Shown piece by piece: positions 12,726-24,990 of a stretch of DNA of 61,156 nt. The stretch spans positions 181,925,093 through 181,986,248 of the forward strand of contig NC_068982.1 in NCBI RefSeq assembly GCF_001194135.2, written 5' to 3'. Each line of letters starts with the position of its first letter. Position 1 is the stretch's first letter. The position numbers and the translations under genes are program-made. The DNA is from Octopus bimaculoides (taxonomy: Eukaryota). The notes under the pieces were generated by a model, which searched no databases, had not been told where the DNA came from, and saw nothing but the letters and a program-made list of their open reading frames with translations.

Positions 12726-13917
12726 GTCACCCATTATATTATCAGTTTAAATGAAGACGACCTAAGCAAACAGGCACGGAACAATCCATAACATTTCATT
12801 ACACTGCACCAGTAGGAAAATATTGTAAAGCGATGTAAGGAACACTGATACATCTTAAAATCAATAAAAGCGTCATATATAAATATAGATTGAAATTTAC
12901 AGACGTATACTTAATACCTTTAAATGGAAAAAAGGCAAAAATCCAGCAGCATATTTCCATACAACATAGATCCCTTAATAGCTTAATATAACATAAACAT
13001 TTACATTTCCCCTCTTGCATATACAAATGTGATATAACTATATCAGATGGTATTGAAATAGCATGATCAGGTTTGACAGACTGTATATTTCAGAACTCAA
13101 TATAAGCAACTTATTCATTCATTCAAATTCATAAACAAAATTATCACACTACTAATAACACACTATTTATTACAAAAAGTAAAGTCAATGATTTCTCAGT
13201 GTAAATTGAACGTTTCAAGAAATACAATGAACGAAATGAATTTGTCAGGAAATGCAGTTTAAAAATAAAACATAGAAATTACAGAGACGTCGTGGTGCAC
13301 CAAAAAATAATTGGGAGCTTCGCTTTTTAAATATATCCAGGTTGTAATCAGTTTCAAGGATCTCCAAATTGTTCACCGTATAAGCAATAATGACTGCTTT
13401 ATCCTAGATTAGTAAACAGAAAATGCTCCGATGGAAATTGCTTAGTGTAAGATTTCTGAAAGAAGCTTAAAGGCAGAAGATGATGCATCTATATACGAAA
13501 GTGCTTTAGTAAGGGCAGTAATAAGCATTTAGACATTGTTTTCCTTAAGCACTTTTTGTATATTGGAGACAGTGATTTATTTCGACGGTTACATAAAGCA
13601 AGGTTAGGGCGATTGTTGTTAAACATATTGGGCCCTGCAAGAATATGTATGGTATCTCCATAAATAAACTTACATGTATAGACCAGTTGATCATTTTGCA
13701 TTATATACGGTTCTGTTCTCATTTGAAGATCAAATTATGGTGTTATTATAAGCGAGTCAATGACTACGGTGTAATTAGAAACACGATTTCATTTACAAGG
13801 ATTAATTCTTGCTACGTAATCGGCAATATTTCAATTAATGAAGCGAGCCAGATCGACGGCTGTACAAAAGGTCATATGGAAAAATATAACCCCTGATTTC
13901 ATGCACATATATATTTA

Positions 13918-13918
<1 letters not shown>

Positions 13919-13955
<37 letters not shown>

Positions 13956-14010
13956 CTTGTGTGTGTGTGTGCGCTTGTGTGTGTGTGTGTGTGTATGCGT
14001 GTGTGAGTGT
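13919..14010. repeat. (GT)n/(GC)n microsatellite
   Basis: Direct reading. Confidence 0.95.
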
Positions 14011-14082
14011 ATAAACATATACACACAGTGTTTGAAGTGTTATACAAATACTGTGTATTGAGAAAAAGGAGGCAGTCAGAAT

Positions 14083-14286
14083 TTTAGACTTCAGTTCCCT
14101 CTCAAACTCAGCTTCGCCATGACAATTAACAAAGCACAAGTTCAGTTGCTGAAAGTTGTCGGATTGGACCTTCGAACGTCGTGCCTTTCACATGGATAGT
14201 TCGACGTCAGTTGTTCCAGAGCTGATCATCCATACAACATATTCATTTATGCGCCTGAAGCCGTCTACAAAGCCGCTCTACAGTAG
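14083..14286 (+). pseudogene. Helitron Rep/Helicase C-terminus (PIF1-like helicase motifs V-VI), decayed
   Basis: Translation [66 protein letters not shown] matches the Helitron pattern QFP..LAFAMTINKSQGQ.L..VG.DL..PCFSHGQLYVA.SR; one internal stop. Confidence 0.92.
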
Positions 14287-15278
14287 TTATTCCTCTACTG
14301 CGATCTTCACATCTACGCCAAACTGTAGCCGTTACTAATCAGACTTCCTGCAAGCATTTCATTTCTATTTTGCTTCATTTCCCAGATTGCTGTTAACAGT
14401 ACATTACCTTCGATGACCCTTCTTATTTGACGCTGTTCGCTCATAAGCATGCTCTGACACTTATTTTTGAACATATCACTATTTTAGTTGTGTGTTTGTT
14501 ATAAATGTTTGCTTTCCTTTATCATACATGACGTTCATTGAAAAAACTTCAATGCGGTTGTTTCAGGCATTACGAGAAAAATAAGTACATGATATAAAAC
14601 GCTTCAAGTAAGATATAGGATCCCTAATGCCTACTGAAATTGCGACCTTATTTTATATACTTTCATTTATTATTCATTACCTACGTTGCTTAATACCGTA
14701 TCATAAACTGCTAACGAAAATGGTAATTATACATTTTACGTTTATCAGCTTGAAACGCCTTCTAACTGTGGGCTAATTCAACTTAAACCACCCACAGAAG
14801 TGCACCGTTATAATAAATTACAACGCCCAAAGGACGGATGCATCTGCTATTATTATAATATAACTGTTTAAATGTTTAACTATTCGTCTAATAACAGAAG
14901 ATATATAAAATCAGTGTTTATTTATAAACATATTATTCTCCCAAGATACAACAAATTACATTTTAACAGGATTTCACATCAAAAATCTTGCAAATCTAAC
15001 GCAAAAGAATATATGCGTATACATATTTTAATATTTCACTCAGGCATACTAATAACCTCGAGGCAGTACCCAATACTAAGTCTGATGAAATAGTATCGGA
15101 ACTGCTGATATGTTGACGGAGCTAAAGAACGCAGAGTGAAAGCGTTTGGCACATGTTGACCTTGAACTCTGTGGTATACGTAAACTTCAGAAAGAAGCGT
15201 TAGTCGAGTAAAGGGAGAGATAATAATTAAATAAATGGTAAACGAACAAGAAATTATAACATAATTTTTGTTCATTTG

Positions 15279-15335
<57 letters not shown>

Positions 15336-15654
15336 CAGAGAAAGAGAGAGAGAGAGAGATACATATATATATATATATATACATATGTGTGCGTGCGCGT
15401 GTGTGTGTTATATAATAACACAAGTATATATGCGTTACTTGATTTATACCACACGGCAGTATAGGTCAAAACGAAGTATTTGAATATATGATAACAGTGT
15501 TGTAAATCATATCAATCATACGCAGTATCATCAATTTAGAGTTAATTGTACCTCGGCTGTATCCATTGTTTGATTCTATTAATTTTTGGGGTCTCTTCAC
15601 AAACATGTAATTAGTCAGTGAATACAGTAACAGTACGTTGTTGAGTAGAATATA

Positions 15655-15788
15655 AACACTGTTTATAAATATTCAACTTCGTCTGTTGGCTTCTGTTAAC
15701 GTTATTTTATTTATTTATTTATTGTTTTTTTCGGGGGGGGGGGCTCTTTTACTTTCACAATATCCTTTGTAGAATATCCTTTTCACTA
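15655..15788 (-). repeat. Right copy of near-perfect 135-bp inverted repeat
   Basis: See left copy at 12590-12725. Confidence 0.97.
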
Positions 15789-16640
15789 GATAATTTCAGT
15801 AGACTTCTGCAGCGTATATCTAACAAAATTTTAGATGAAAGAAAGTTGACAGCCTTATATTTATATATTATTTGCAGTTAATGCGAGGATTTAGTTTGTG
15901 TATGTTTGCGTATATGTGTATGTTTAATTTACTTTGTCAGCATTGAATTGTAGTTAAAGGAGAGTGAAAATCTAATTTGAATTAAAGATAAATGTAAAAT
16001 CTAATTGCTGTATTAATCACGTATATTAACAATTCTAATATTTAAATCAGTACTGAAGAAAAATACGTCAGTTTCATCTCTATTCAGAAAAGATTTAAAA
16101 GAAATAACTAACAAATTTCGAATGGAAGAACATTAGAATAGAGCAACATTAGATTTCTGATATAGCGGCACACACCTCTGCAAAGCAAACTCTTGTTAGC
16201 ATCATAAAGAATAAGCTCACATCCCGAATAAATGACTGAATTTTGGTGCTATCGACCGATACTAGAATCACAATGACTCATTCATGCAAGGGACTACGGT
16301 TTTGTACCTACAACGTCTTGGTGGTATTTTTATGACACATGAGAGTACAGACATCAACCACCACAGTATTCCTGTAATTTGCAACGATTCCTATGTCAGT
16401 AAATTTATGTCTGCCGTAAGTCTACACGTCATAAAGCGAACTCCGTAACATAGCGGAATGGCTTTTATATGGCTATTGGACCAACACACAATTCTCCACC
16501 CGATCATCTTCAACAACTTAGAAAATGTGATAGTGCACGTTGAATAATTTACTGTAGGATATACTATGTTTCATACCAATCAGGGTATTGTGACGCTTGA
16601 AATGTTCTTAGCGATGAGTGTGCCAAATCTGTCTGGACAA

Positions 16641-16878
16641 CAGTTCTATGAAATGAGGAATTATGTACATTATTTACACTTGACGTATATTTGTTCTCAT
16701 CTTGTTTGTTTGCGGCTGATATACACTCCAGCCTTCATCAGGTGTCTTGGAGGAATTTTGAACCTGGGTATTCATTCCTAAGGTATTTTTCGATGTTGTT
16801 GTTATTATTATTATTATTATTTTTATTTTTATTTTTTTTTTTTTCAGGTCACTGCCTAGAATCGAACTCTGAATCTTA
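16641..16878 (-). mobile_element. Penelope pLTR-like/SINE-like repeat with tRNA-like head, (AAT)n spacer and damaged hammerhead ribozyme core
   Basis: Minus strand: agagttcgattctagg (B-box-like)..(AAT)n..CTGATGA-A-GGCTG-gagtgtatat-CAGCC-GCAAAC. Confidence 0.65.
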
Positions 16879-16892
16879 TGAAGAAAAGATAG

Positions 16893-17030
16893 GATGAAGC
16901 TAATAAACTGTCTACAGTCTGTCTACCCTATGTGAAAGGCCTCTGCAGAAAGAAACAAAATATATGCGGCCCATATGACATCAGGACAGTATTCAAGAGT
17001 AATACAACACTTCGCAAATATCTCCTAAAA
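16893..17030 (+). pseudogene. Penelope-like element ORF fragment (linker between RT and GIY-YIG)
   Basis: DEANKLSTVCLPYVKGLCRKKQNICGPYDIRTVFKSNTTLRKYLLK resembles the PLE linker LPY.KG.SE.I.R....Y.I..VFK...TL...L. Confidence 0.82.
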
Positions 17031-20000
17031 CTACTCTGCAATTGAAGTTTAATTGAAATTATTATAATGATTCTTATACCAACCGGGTGCAAGCGTACAT
17101 GTTTATGTAGAGAGTATTGATTTCGTTTCATAGACATTTTGATAACGGACGTGTTATTTTTTAATTATGTGTTATACTAATTATTTAAATATTTATTTAA
17201 ATCATACGATATTTTCCATATTATGTTACCAAAAATAATTTTTTTCGTATATTAAGCGAACATTCTACCGTAATGTCGTTCCAGAGAATCTCTAATTTGT
17301 GGAGAGAAGGATTTCATAAATTCAAATCCTTATATTCAAATGATTTGTGAATCGAAAGACGAGGATTGTCAGAATAATTGGAGTAACAGACGAATGCCTA
17401 TCTGCTAAAATACAAGGGACAATAATTATTTCATTCTCTATATTTTATAAAGATGTACAAGTCTAGATGATTTTTAAAGATAAAGGGAATATGTCCACAT
17501 ATATAATATAGTGAAACAATACATTTCTAGGAAACTAGTTATAGCATTCTCCTTTCAAAAATTAATTTATTCCATTTTATGAACATTTTATATTACATAT
17601 CCGTTGATCAATTGCTTTAATGGAGTTGTAAACATAGACAGTTTCTCATTGTTTTTGCTGTTTCTTACATTTAAAATAGTAATTTAAGCGGCAGCAATGG
17701 AAAGTGTCACGTAGATTCATGTCAAAAGTATATAGTCTAGTGATGTACTATTTTATAAATCGTTAACGAAATCTAATTAAAATTATATGAATATGGAAAA
17801 CTAGACACATACGACATATAGGAACATATATTAATATTAATAAAGAAATTTTACAATTTATTATATTCCCTATTATTCTTCCATGCTACTTATGCTAATG
17901 TCTCTCATTTATAGAAAATGTAGTACATGTATAGTACTTTTAACTGTGTACATCAGGCAAAAGTTTTCAAAGCTAAGACTGAAGACTGATAATGTCTTTA
18001 CCATATTACCTACACAAACCGGCAATAAAGTATGTATAAACTGCCGTTTTTTTAGGAGTTGTGAATATAGTTCGAATGTATTTACTACTAATAATCATTG
18101 CAAATTGATTTGACGATTTACTCAACTTCATCTATTCTGCGATTAATCTGAAATTCGGATATATTAAATAGAAAAAAAATACACGAGAATAAATTACTTT
18201 ATAAAATGGCAATAAATATGATTGGTTATGCATGTATGTAAGACTTTTATCGCAGTAGTTGCTTTCATTTAAATCCACATTAGCTTTGATAGCAAAAACA
18301 AATAGCAAACGGTGTTCCCAGCATCTCTCTACCTTAAATAATTTCAGAAATCCAATATCTAGCATTATATTATCAATCGAGTGAACTGAAGAAGATTTCG
18401 GTATCATTTCTAGTGGACGCAGATGCAGTTCTGCGATTAAGAATTTCGATTCAAAATTTCCAGATATTCAAGCACGCTGCATATCACCGAGAGGAAGTGT
18501 CTGCCATCATAATATTATCTTCACCAACACTTTGCTAAAATGCCGATGATGGGAACGTTCCCGTTTTTGCCTGTTAATCTTAAACTTTGATGCACATTTA
18601 CAAAGCGTAGTGTCGTTTAGAAACTTTTTCACAGTTCATTGTGTTTCTGAAATTTGGATCTAACTTGTGGTTTCAGTATAAACCCACCTTGCTTCCCAAA
18701 CGGGATTTTGATCGGCCTCCATCCAGTACTTACAGGGGACCTTCCTTGACACAAGTCTAAAGTTACGGTGTAGGAGATTTTTTTACTTTCTGGTGCTTAT
18801 CTCCCCTGTCAATGTATATAAATAAGTGTTTCACGCAGCATTATGCGTTTTAACTCTTGCTTGCAGTATAGGTGTTCTCAGTACACTCAGTCACAATTAG
18901 TGACGATTATATGTGTAGCAACTCTTTTGCACCTTGAAGTAAACGTTTACCAGTGATATTAATATAAATTATCAGTATGCACACATATGTGTGAGGGAAT
19001 AAAAACGAACGCTGAAAATGGGCCACCGATAACTCGATAATGACTTAATACAAATAAATCTCATAATAAATTGTATATGTTCCATTACTATAATGCATTG
19101 GCTAGCAATTGGTGTTTAAAAGTATGATATATCCTATTTTGATAATTACAATCGACCTCGGTGATATTCTGTACGATAACAGCGTATCTATTTCATATCG
19201 ATACTGCCTACGAAATGTGTAATCATGTTACGTTCGAAGTAACTTGTATTATTCTATATTAATTTAATGCCGACTGAAAGTGTTCATGTGTGCTGAAATT
19301 GCTAAGCATTATCACCAGAATCTGAGAATATTAAATTCTTTGCAAAATGGTGCAGATATCGCTTAGTATTGATTCAATCAAAGATGATTTCTTGCTAACA
19401 TTAAGTTGACACTCAAGTATTTGTACTCAGACGATTGTTAATGAAATTTCTGGTGCAATCTGAAGCATATCTTGATTTGAATCACTGCTAGAAGGGGAAA
19501 TTACCAAAGCGTATAAATACATACACGAAACGCGTGTTCACACATTCAGATGTTGAGAAATTAAGTGCATTTAACTTGTCAAATGAAGAATTCCCAATTA
19601 CAGTTGATTAATTCAATGATGTCATTTTTAATCAATACATATCCATGAGTTAATTTATTTTCCTAAATTGCCTTCTATATCATCTTCACGTGATCTCAGT
19701 TTTTCAAGAATACTCTCAGATTTATCAAGTAATAATGATATGTAAAATATATAGGTGAGAGTACACTTTTGTTTAGATATAAATTTAAGACATGTCATAT
19801 ATTTATTTAATTATTAACGATATATCCACAAAATGTTAAGTAGTTCACAATGAATTATATGTTATGTATGAAAAAACATGTTGACAGCTTTAAGTTGGAA
19901 TGTGAGATTAAATTTCAAAATCTAAGCCACTGTGTTCTGTCTTTTACGCATCAAACTATTTCCATTAATATTTTTAAAAATCCAATATACAGGAATATAG

Positions 20001-20539
20001 AACGGATAATTTTATAGATGCATTTAAGTACATTTATATATATTGTACGATGCACGATCGTTTAAGCCAATTAATTTAGACATCACTACTAGTGGTATCT
20101 TCTTTTCATTATGTAATCAGAGCAAGTAATGCAGTAACTGCATTGTATGTAAGCCGTTCGCATCTGTAAATTTGTATGTTGCTCTGAAATATAAGAAAAT
20201 ACATTATTTAATGAAATTATGTACATTCCGCCTGCGTGTATAGGAATTCTCTCTCGATATGCAAAGAGAAATACTACAAGTTATAAATGAAGACAAGTCG
20301 TGCAAGGATTAAGAAAGACAAAACAGTAGTGTATATAATGGCAAAATACAAGGAAATAAAACATGGTGATAAGTAAATTATTGATAACGATCGAATATCG
20401 CTGCTGATGTATATACCAAAATCCATGTACAGAAGTCCCATTGCGTTTACATGTTTGAAAAAATAAGTGCATCTCAAATGTTACGTATTAATACCGTTTT
20501 CGGTTTCAGTATTATCACAAATGATTTTCTGAGGTATGT

Positions 20540-21480
20540 ACTATTGCTTTTCTTGGTGAAACTGGAGTTACTACCTTGCTTCCTTTCCCTGCAAGAAGGG
20601 AAGTTGGAGCATATTCGTCTAGCCTCTTCAAAGGCTTTAGGTTGGTGTAGTTACCGCTGGTGCATTGAAGCTGCTCTGAACAATATAGCGAACATTTGTA
20701 GTAGGATTAACCAGTTGGAGGTGAATTAGTGTAGCAAGGGGCTAAATCATCTCGTCAACAGAAGTTGATATCAACTGCTAGGAGCATCTTCTGCAACGTG
20801 TTAGTCAAGACAAAAAGCAGAGAACTAAATGTTGATTTGCGAAAGCGACGGAGTTGCCAGAAACCGGCAGATCACAATTGATTACGTTAACTTGGAACAT
20901 ATCTCAGAAATATTTGAGTGGCGTGATTTATCAGAACCCTCTATCCATTAGAAAATCCTTGTTGAGGAATAAAGGAAGAGACTGAAATTTGTTGCCTTGA
21001 TGAATTATATCTAAATTATCTAGGAGGGGTTACAAGATCGACGCAGAAGGTTTTTAGGCTGGTTACAGGAGCAAATAAGACAAAAGCCATCAATTTAGCT
21101 GTCATGACAAAAGAAGCCGATTCGTGATAGATTTGGTTCAGTTGTTAACCTTATATTGTTACAGCTATCTTAACGTAATTCAACATATGATCAAGATTTG
21201 TTGTGTCACCCGGGAGAGCGTGTCGGTTTATGGAATGAGCCAAATCACCAAATAATTATTTGGATAAGATAACAGTAATCATATAAGGCTCACACCTTAA
21301 TCCACATCCACCATGAATCTACTTTAAACAATACATTTAACAATACCGAAGAGGAAATTCGGTGCATCACAAAATGGTAGCAGAAAAACTATAACTGAAA
21401 GATTATCACCTGTTTTGTGAAATATTCTAAATTCAAATTGAAGGGCCATAGACATTTGTAACAAACTGCAATCAAAGAGT
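20540..21480 (+). mobile_element. Possible very decayed hAT-type transposase remnant
   Basis: Scattered frame-shifted peptides in the expected order (VGVVTAGA for VTDGA, LSRRG for WLSRG, FCEIF for LCEQ.FS); many stops, no TIRs found. Confidence 0.3.
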
Positions 21481-22550
21481 GCCGTATCGGGTTTATATAT
21501 CCCTTTATATCATATTCATCATGCATACCTTTTATATGATAAAAAACATTTTCTCTGATATACCAGAATCTAATATTTAATTTACTCCAATGTAAATATG
21601 GTATCTTAGTTGAACTAAATATATTCTAACAAAAATATACTCTGGAAGATAAATGTATCATGCATCCCGAGTAAATGGTGAACAATATATATAGGTAAAA
21701 AATACACGGTTGATGAACAGCAAATATTGGGATTTACACAATACAATCATATACAGGATATATTTTGTAACAGCCAAGATTTCAAATTATAAACTATGTG
21801 CTATTTCAAATCAGTGTATTTTGAGAACATTTCAAAGAGATAAAGACAATCTTTATTTCTCAGAGATTTTCGAAAATAATTTAGTATTGGCTTTTTACCA
21901 GTTGATATGAAATCGTTTTGGCAATGTTCTAGAGAATATTTCCAGCCCTAAGGATAGATTTCTATGATTCAGATTCTTTGATTTTCCTTCTGTATCTAAG
22001 AATTGTTGTTTTGCCAGGAAAGAGATCAAAGTAAATTACTTTGAAGACGTATTTTCTTTTATCGTTAGGCAGTTGAAAAATTTACAGTTAATGTACATTT
22101 TGACTATCAATTTCACATGTATTCATATGAGGGAGTTGTCTGTAATCAGTTATAAACTATAAATAACAAACTACATTTCCATCACAAAATCACTTTGTTA
22201 AATTCAATTCCGCCTTCTTGTTTACTGCAGTAAAATAAAATGAAATAAAATAAACACAAACCTAAATAAGCAGCATAATATTACACAAAATGTATGGAAT
22301 AAAAGTAAAAAAAAAAAAAAAAATACGAAATTAGAGACAGATATTCATTCATGAAAAATTCAGCGTTTTTAGAGCAAGTTTGTTATCAATGACATTTCTT
22401 TATCAAGATATAATTCGTTACGGGGTGGGGTTGGGAAAATGGACCTTTTTGAAATGACTATTACTCAGCCCAAGGAGGAAGGACATATATACGACAGGTA
22501 CCATTCGGTCCGTGGTGTCTTAACATTTTATTTGCTTTTCAAGTAAAGCC

Positions 22551-23942
22551 ATGGCGCTCTGCACGATAGAGCATCGTGCGCTTTCCCATGGCAAAGACTA
22601 AGGAGTCTGTCACAGCAGATTAGCGTGCGTTTCGGCATCACTTCAACATTCACCGAAATCAGGCTGGTCCCACGAGTAATACAATCTTACATTGGACGAA
22701 TGCACTTCGTACACGAGGTACACTAATGAATAGAAGATTGGTGGGGGCGCCACGAACGGTCATCGATCGGTAAGGCGTATTTTGTATGAAGCCATGCATT
22801 TCCACCCGTGCACATTGGTCATTGGGCACCAATTGAAACCATGGGACTATGCACAGCGGAAGCAATTTTTGAGGCAAATGACAAACTCATTTTGTTAACG
22901 AGTAATGATGCTCACTTTCATCTTAATGACATGGTGATTCAACAGAACTGTCGCTGCTGAAAGCTTGAAAATCCGAGATAACTCCATGAAAAACCACTTC
23001 ACAGCCCAAAGGTGAAAATCTGGTGGGTTTTTGGAAAAGCTGCCGCCGTTAGTCCCTACATTTTCAAAGAAAATAATGGTAATGTTTTTACTGTGAACTC
23101 CGAGCGTTACATCGAGATGATAAACAACTTCTTTGTGCCTGAATTCCGACGAAAATGTATACATATAGGCGCAGGAGTGGCTGTGTGGTAAGTAGCTTTC
23201 TTACCAACCAAATGGTTCTGGGTTCAGTCCCACTGCGTGGCACCTTGGGCAAGTGTATTCTACTATAGCCTCGGGCCGACCAAAGCCTTGTGAGTGGATT
23301 TGGTAGACGGAAACTGAAAGAAGCCCGTCGTATATATGTATATATATATGTGTATGTGTGTGTATATGTTTGTGTCTGTGTTTGTCCCCCCAACATCGCT
23401 TGACAACCGATGCTGGTGTGTTTACGTCCCCGTAACAGAGCGGTTCGGCAAAAGGGACCGATAGAATAAGTACTAGGCTTCCAAAAAATAAGTCCTGGGG
23501 TCGATTTGCTCGACTAAAAGGCGGTGCTCCAGCATGGCCGCAGTCAAATGACTGAAACAAGTAAAAGAGTAAAGAGTAAAGAGTATATTCTACGTGTGTG
23601 GTTACAGCAAGATCGGGCGGCGGCCCAAACTGTCAGAGCATCAATGGGCGTTCTTCGTCATCTCTTTGGTGACCACCTTATTTCTAGATTTTCTGACATT
23701 CCTTGGCCGCATCGGTCCCCTGATTTGACCATGTGTGATTAAATATTGTGGGAAACCTGAAGGCACGTATGTATGCGCATAGGCTCCGTACACTGGACGA
23801 TTTGAAGGAAGCTATTCGTGTGAAAGCCGCCCAAATCGACAGAGCAATGCTGGTAAGAGTAGAGGCCAATTTCCAAAACCGCCTTCAGAAATGCATGAAT
23901 AAAAACGGTCACCACATGATGGATGTTGTTTTCCACACGTGA
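22551..23942 (+). pseudogene. DD41D transposase pseudogene
   Basis: Motifs SNDAHFHLN, LHEKPLHSPKVKIW, PYIF..TVNSERYIEM, VWLQQDRA...WPHRSPDLTMCD*ILWGNLK, RTLDDLKEAIR; I count 41 residues between the QQD aspartate and the final D; frameshifts, stops and a SINE insertion. Confidence 0.92.
23167..23584 (+). mobile_element. Full-length tRNA-derived SINE family B (CORE-like segment, internal AT/GT microsatellite, AAGAGT tail)
   Basis: A-box-like tggctgtgtgg, B-box-like ggttcagtccc, ccttgggcaag segment, (aagagt)n tail, ATAT at both junctions (23163-66 and 23585-88). Confidence 0.93.
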
Positions 23943-24859
23943 TTTTGACATATGCTAATACGATATGAACACATTGATGTCAATAAATTTTGTTCTCAGC
24001 TAAAATCAATGATTTTGTGAATTTTTCAAATACGTCCGTCCTCCTGTAGGTCTAAATTATAGAGTCACGTTTTTTTCCTTTTGTTATATGTAAGGTAAGT
24101 AGCAGTTACTTGCTAAAAGTCAAATAGTCACAAAGAATTTCTCCGTTGTCTTTGTGTTTGATATTTCATGGGAACTTAAATTATTGCAAGCATCATATGT
24201 ATAGGCATGCATATATATATNNNNNNNNNNNNNNNNNNNNNNNNNNNNNNNNNNNNNNNNNNNNNNNNNNNNNNNNNNNNNNNNNNNNNNNNNNNNNNNN
24301 NNNNNNNNNNNNNNNNNNNNNNNNNNNNNNNNNNNNNNNNNNNNNNNNNNNNNNNNNNNNNNNNNNNNNNNNNNNNNNNNNNNNNNNNNNNNNNNNNNNN
24401 NNNNNNNNNNNNNNNNNNNNNNNNNNNNNNNNNNNNNNNNNNNNNNNNNNNNNNNNNNNNNNNNNNNNNNNNNNNNNNNNNNNNNNNNNNNNNNNNNNNN
24501 NNNNNNNNNNNNNNNNNNNNNNNNNNNNNNNNNNNNNNNNNNNNNNNNNNNNNNNNNNNNNNNNNNNNNNNNNNNNNNNNNNNNNNNNNNNNNNNNNNNN
24601 NNNNNNNNNNNNNNNNNNNNNNNNNNNNNNNNNNNNNNNNNNNNNNNNNNNNNNNNNNNNNNNNNNNNNNNNNNNNNNNNNNNNNNNNNNNNNNNNNNNN
24701 NNNNNNNNNNNNNNNNNNNNNNNNNNNNNNNNNNNNNNNNNNNNNNNNNNNNNNNNNNNNNNNNNNNNNNNNNNNNNNNNNNNNNNNNNNNNNNNNNNNN
24801 NNNNNNNNNNNNTATATATATATAGCGCGTGTGTGTGTGTGTGTGTGTGCGTGCCTGCA

Positions 24860-24990
24860 TTCTTTTACTTGCTTCAGTCATTTGACACCGGCCATGCTGG
24901 AGCACTAAATTAAGGTTTTGTAGTCGAAGAAATGGAGCCAAGAGCTTATCATTTGTGAGCATAGTACTTATTCCATCGGTTTATTTGGCC
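24860..24990 (-). mobile_element. SINE family B, 3' portion
   Basis: ttttacttgcttcagtcatttga..ggccatgctggagcac is the reverse complement of the tail of 23167-23584. Confidence 0.85.

Larger units (their letters stand above)
22421..24046 (+). mobile_element. Tc1/mariner DD41D (rosa/Visitor-type) DNA transposon, interrupted by a SINE
   Basis: TA at 22419-20 and 24047-48; degenerate terminal repeats (cggggtgg..ggacctttttgaaa versus tttcaaatacgtcc..cctg); transposase pseudogene inside. Confidence 0.85.

Noticed and set aside
13489-13722. ORF containing ALCNRR, reminiscent of a GPCR helix 7-8 junction
   Set aside because: No NPxxY motif or transmembrane segment, and the ORF reads through a consensus splice donor.
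18300-18780. Possible Tc1-like N-terminal remnant (TVKKFLND) on minus strand
   Set aside because: One short match; no DDE motifs or TIRs.
23167-23240. tRNA genes, rRNA or CRISPR arrays
   Set aside because: A/B-box segments here and elsewhere are SINE heads that continue into SINE bodies without a full cloverleaf; no rRNA-like or repeat-spacer structure was seen in the window.
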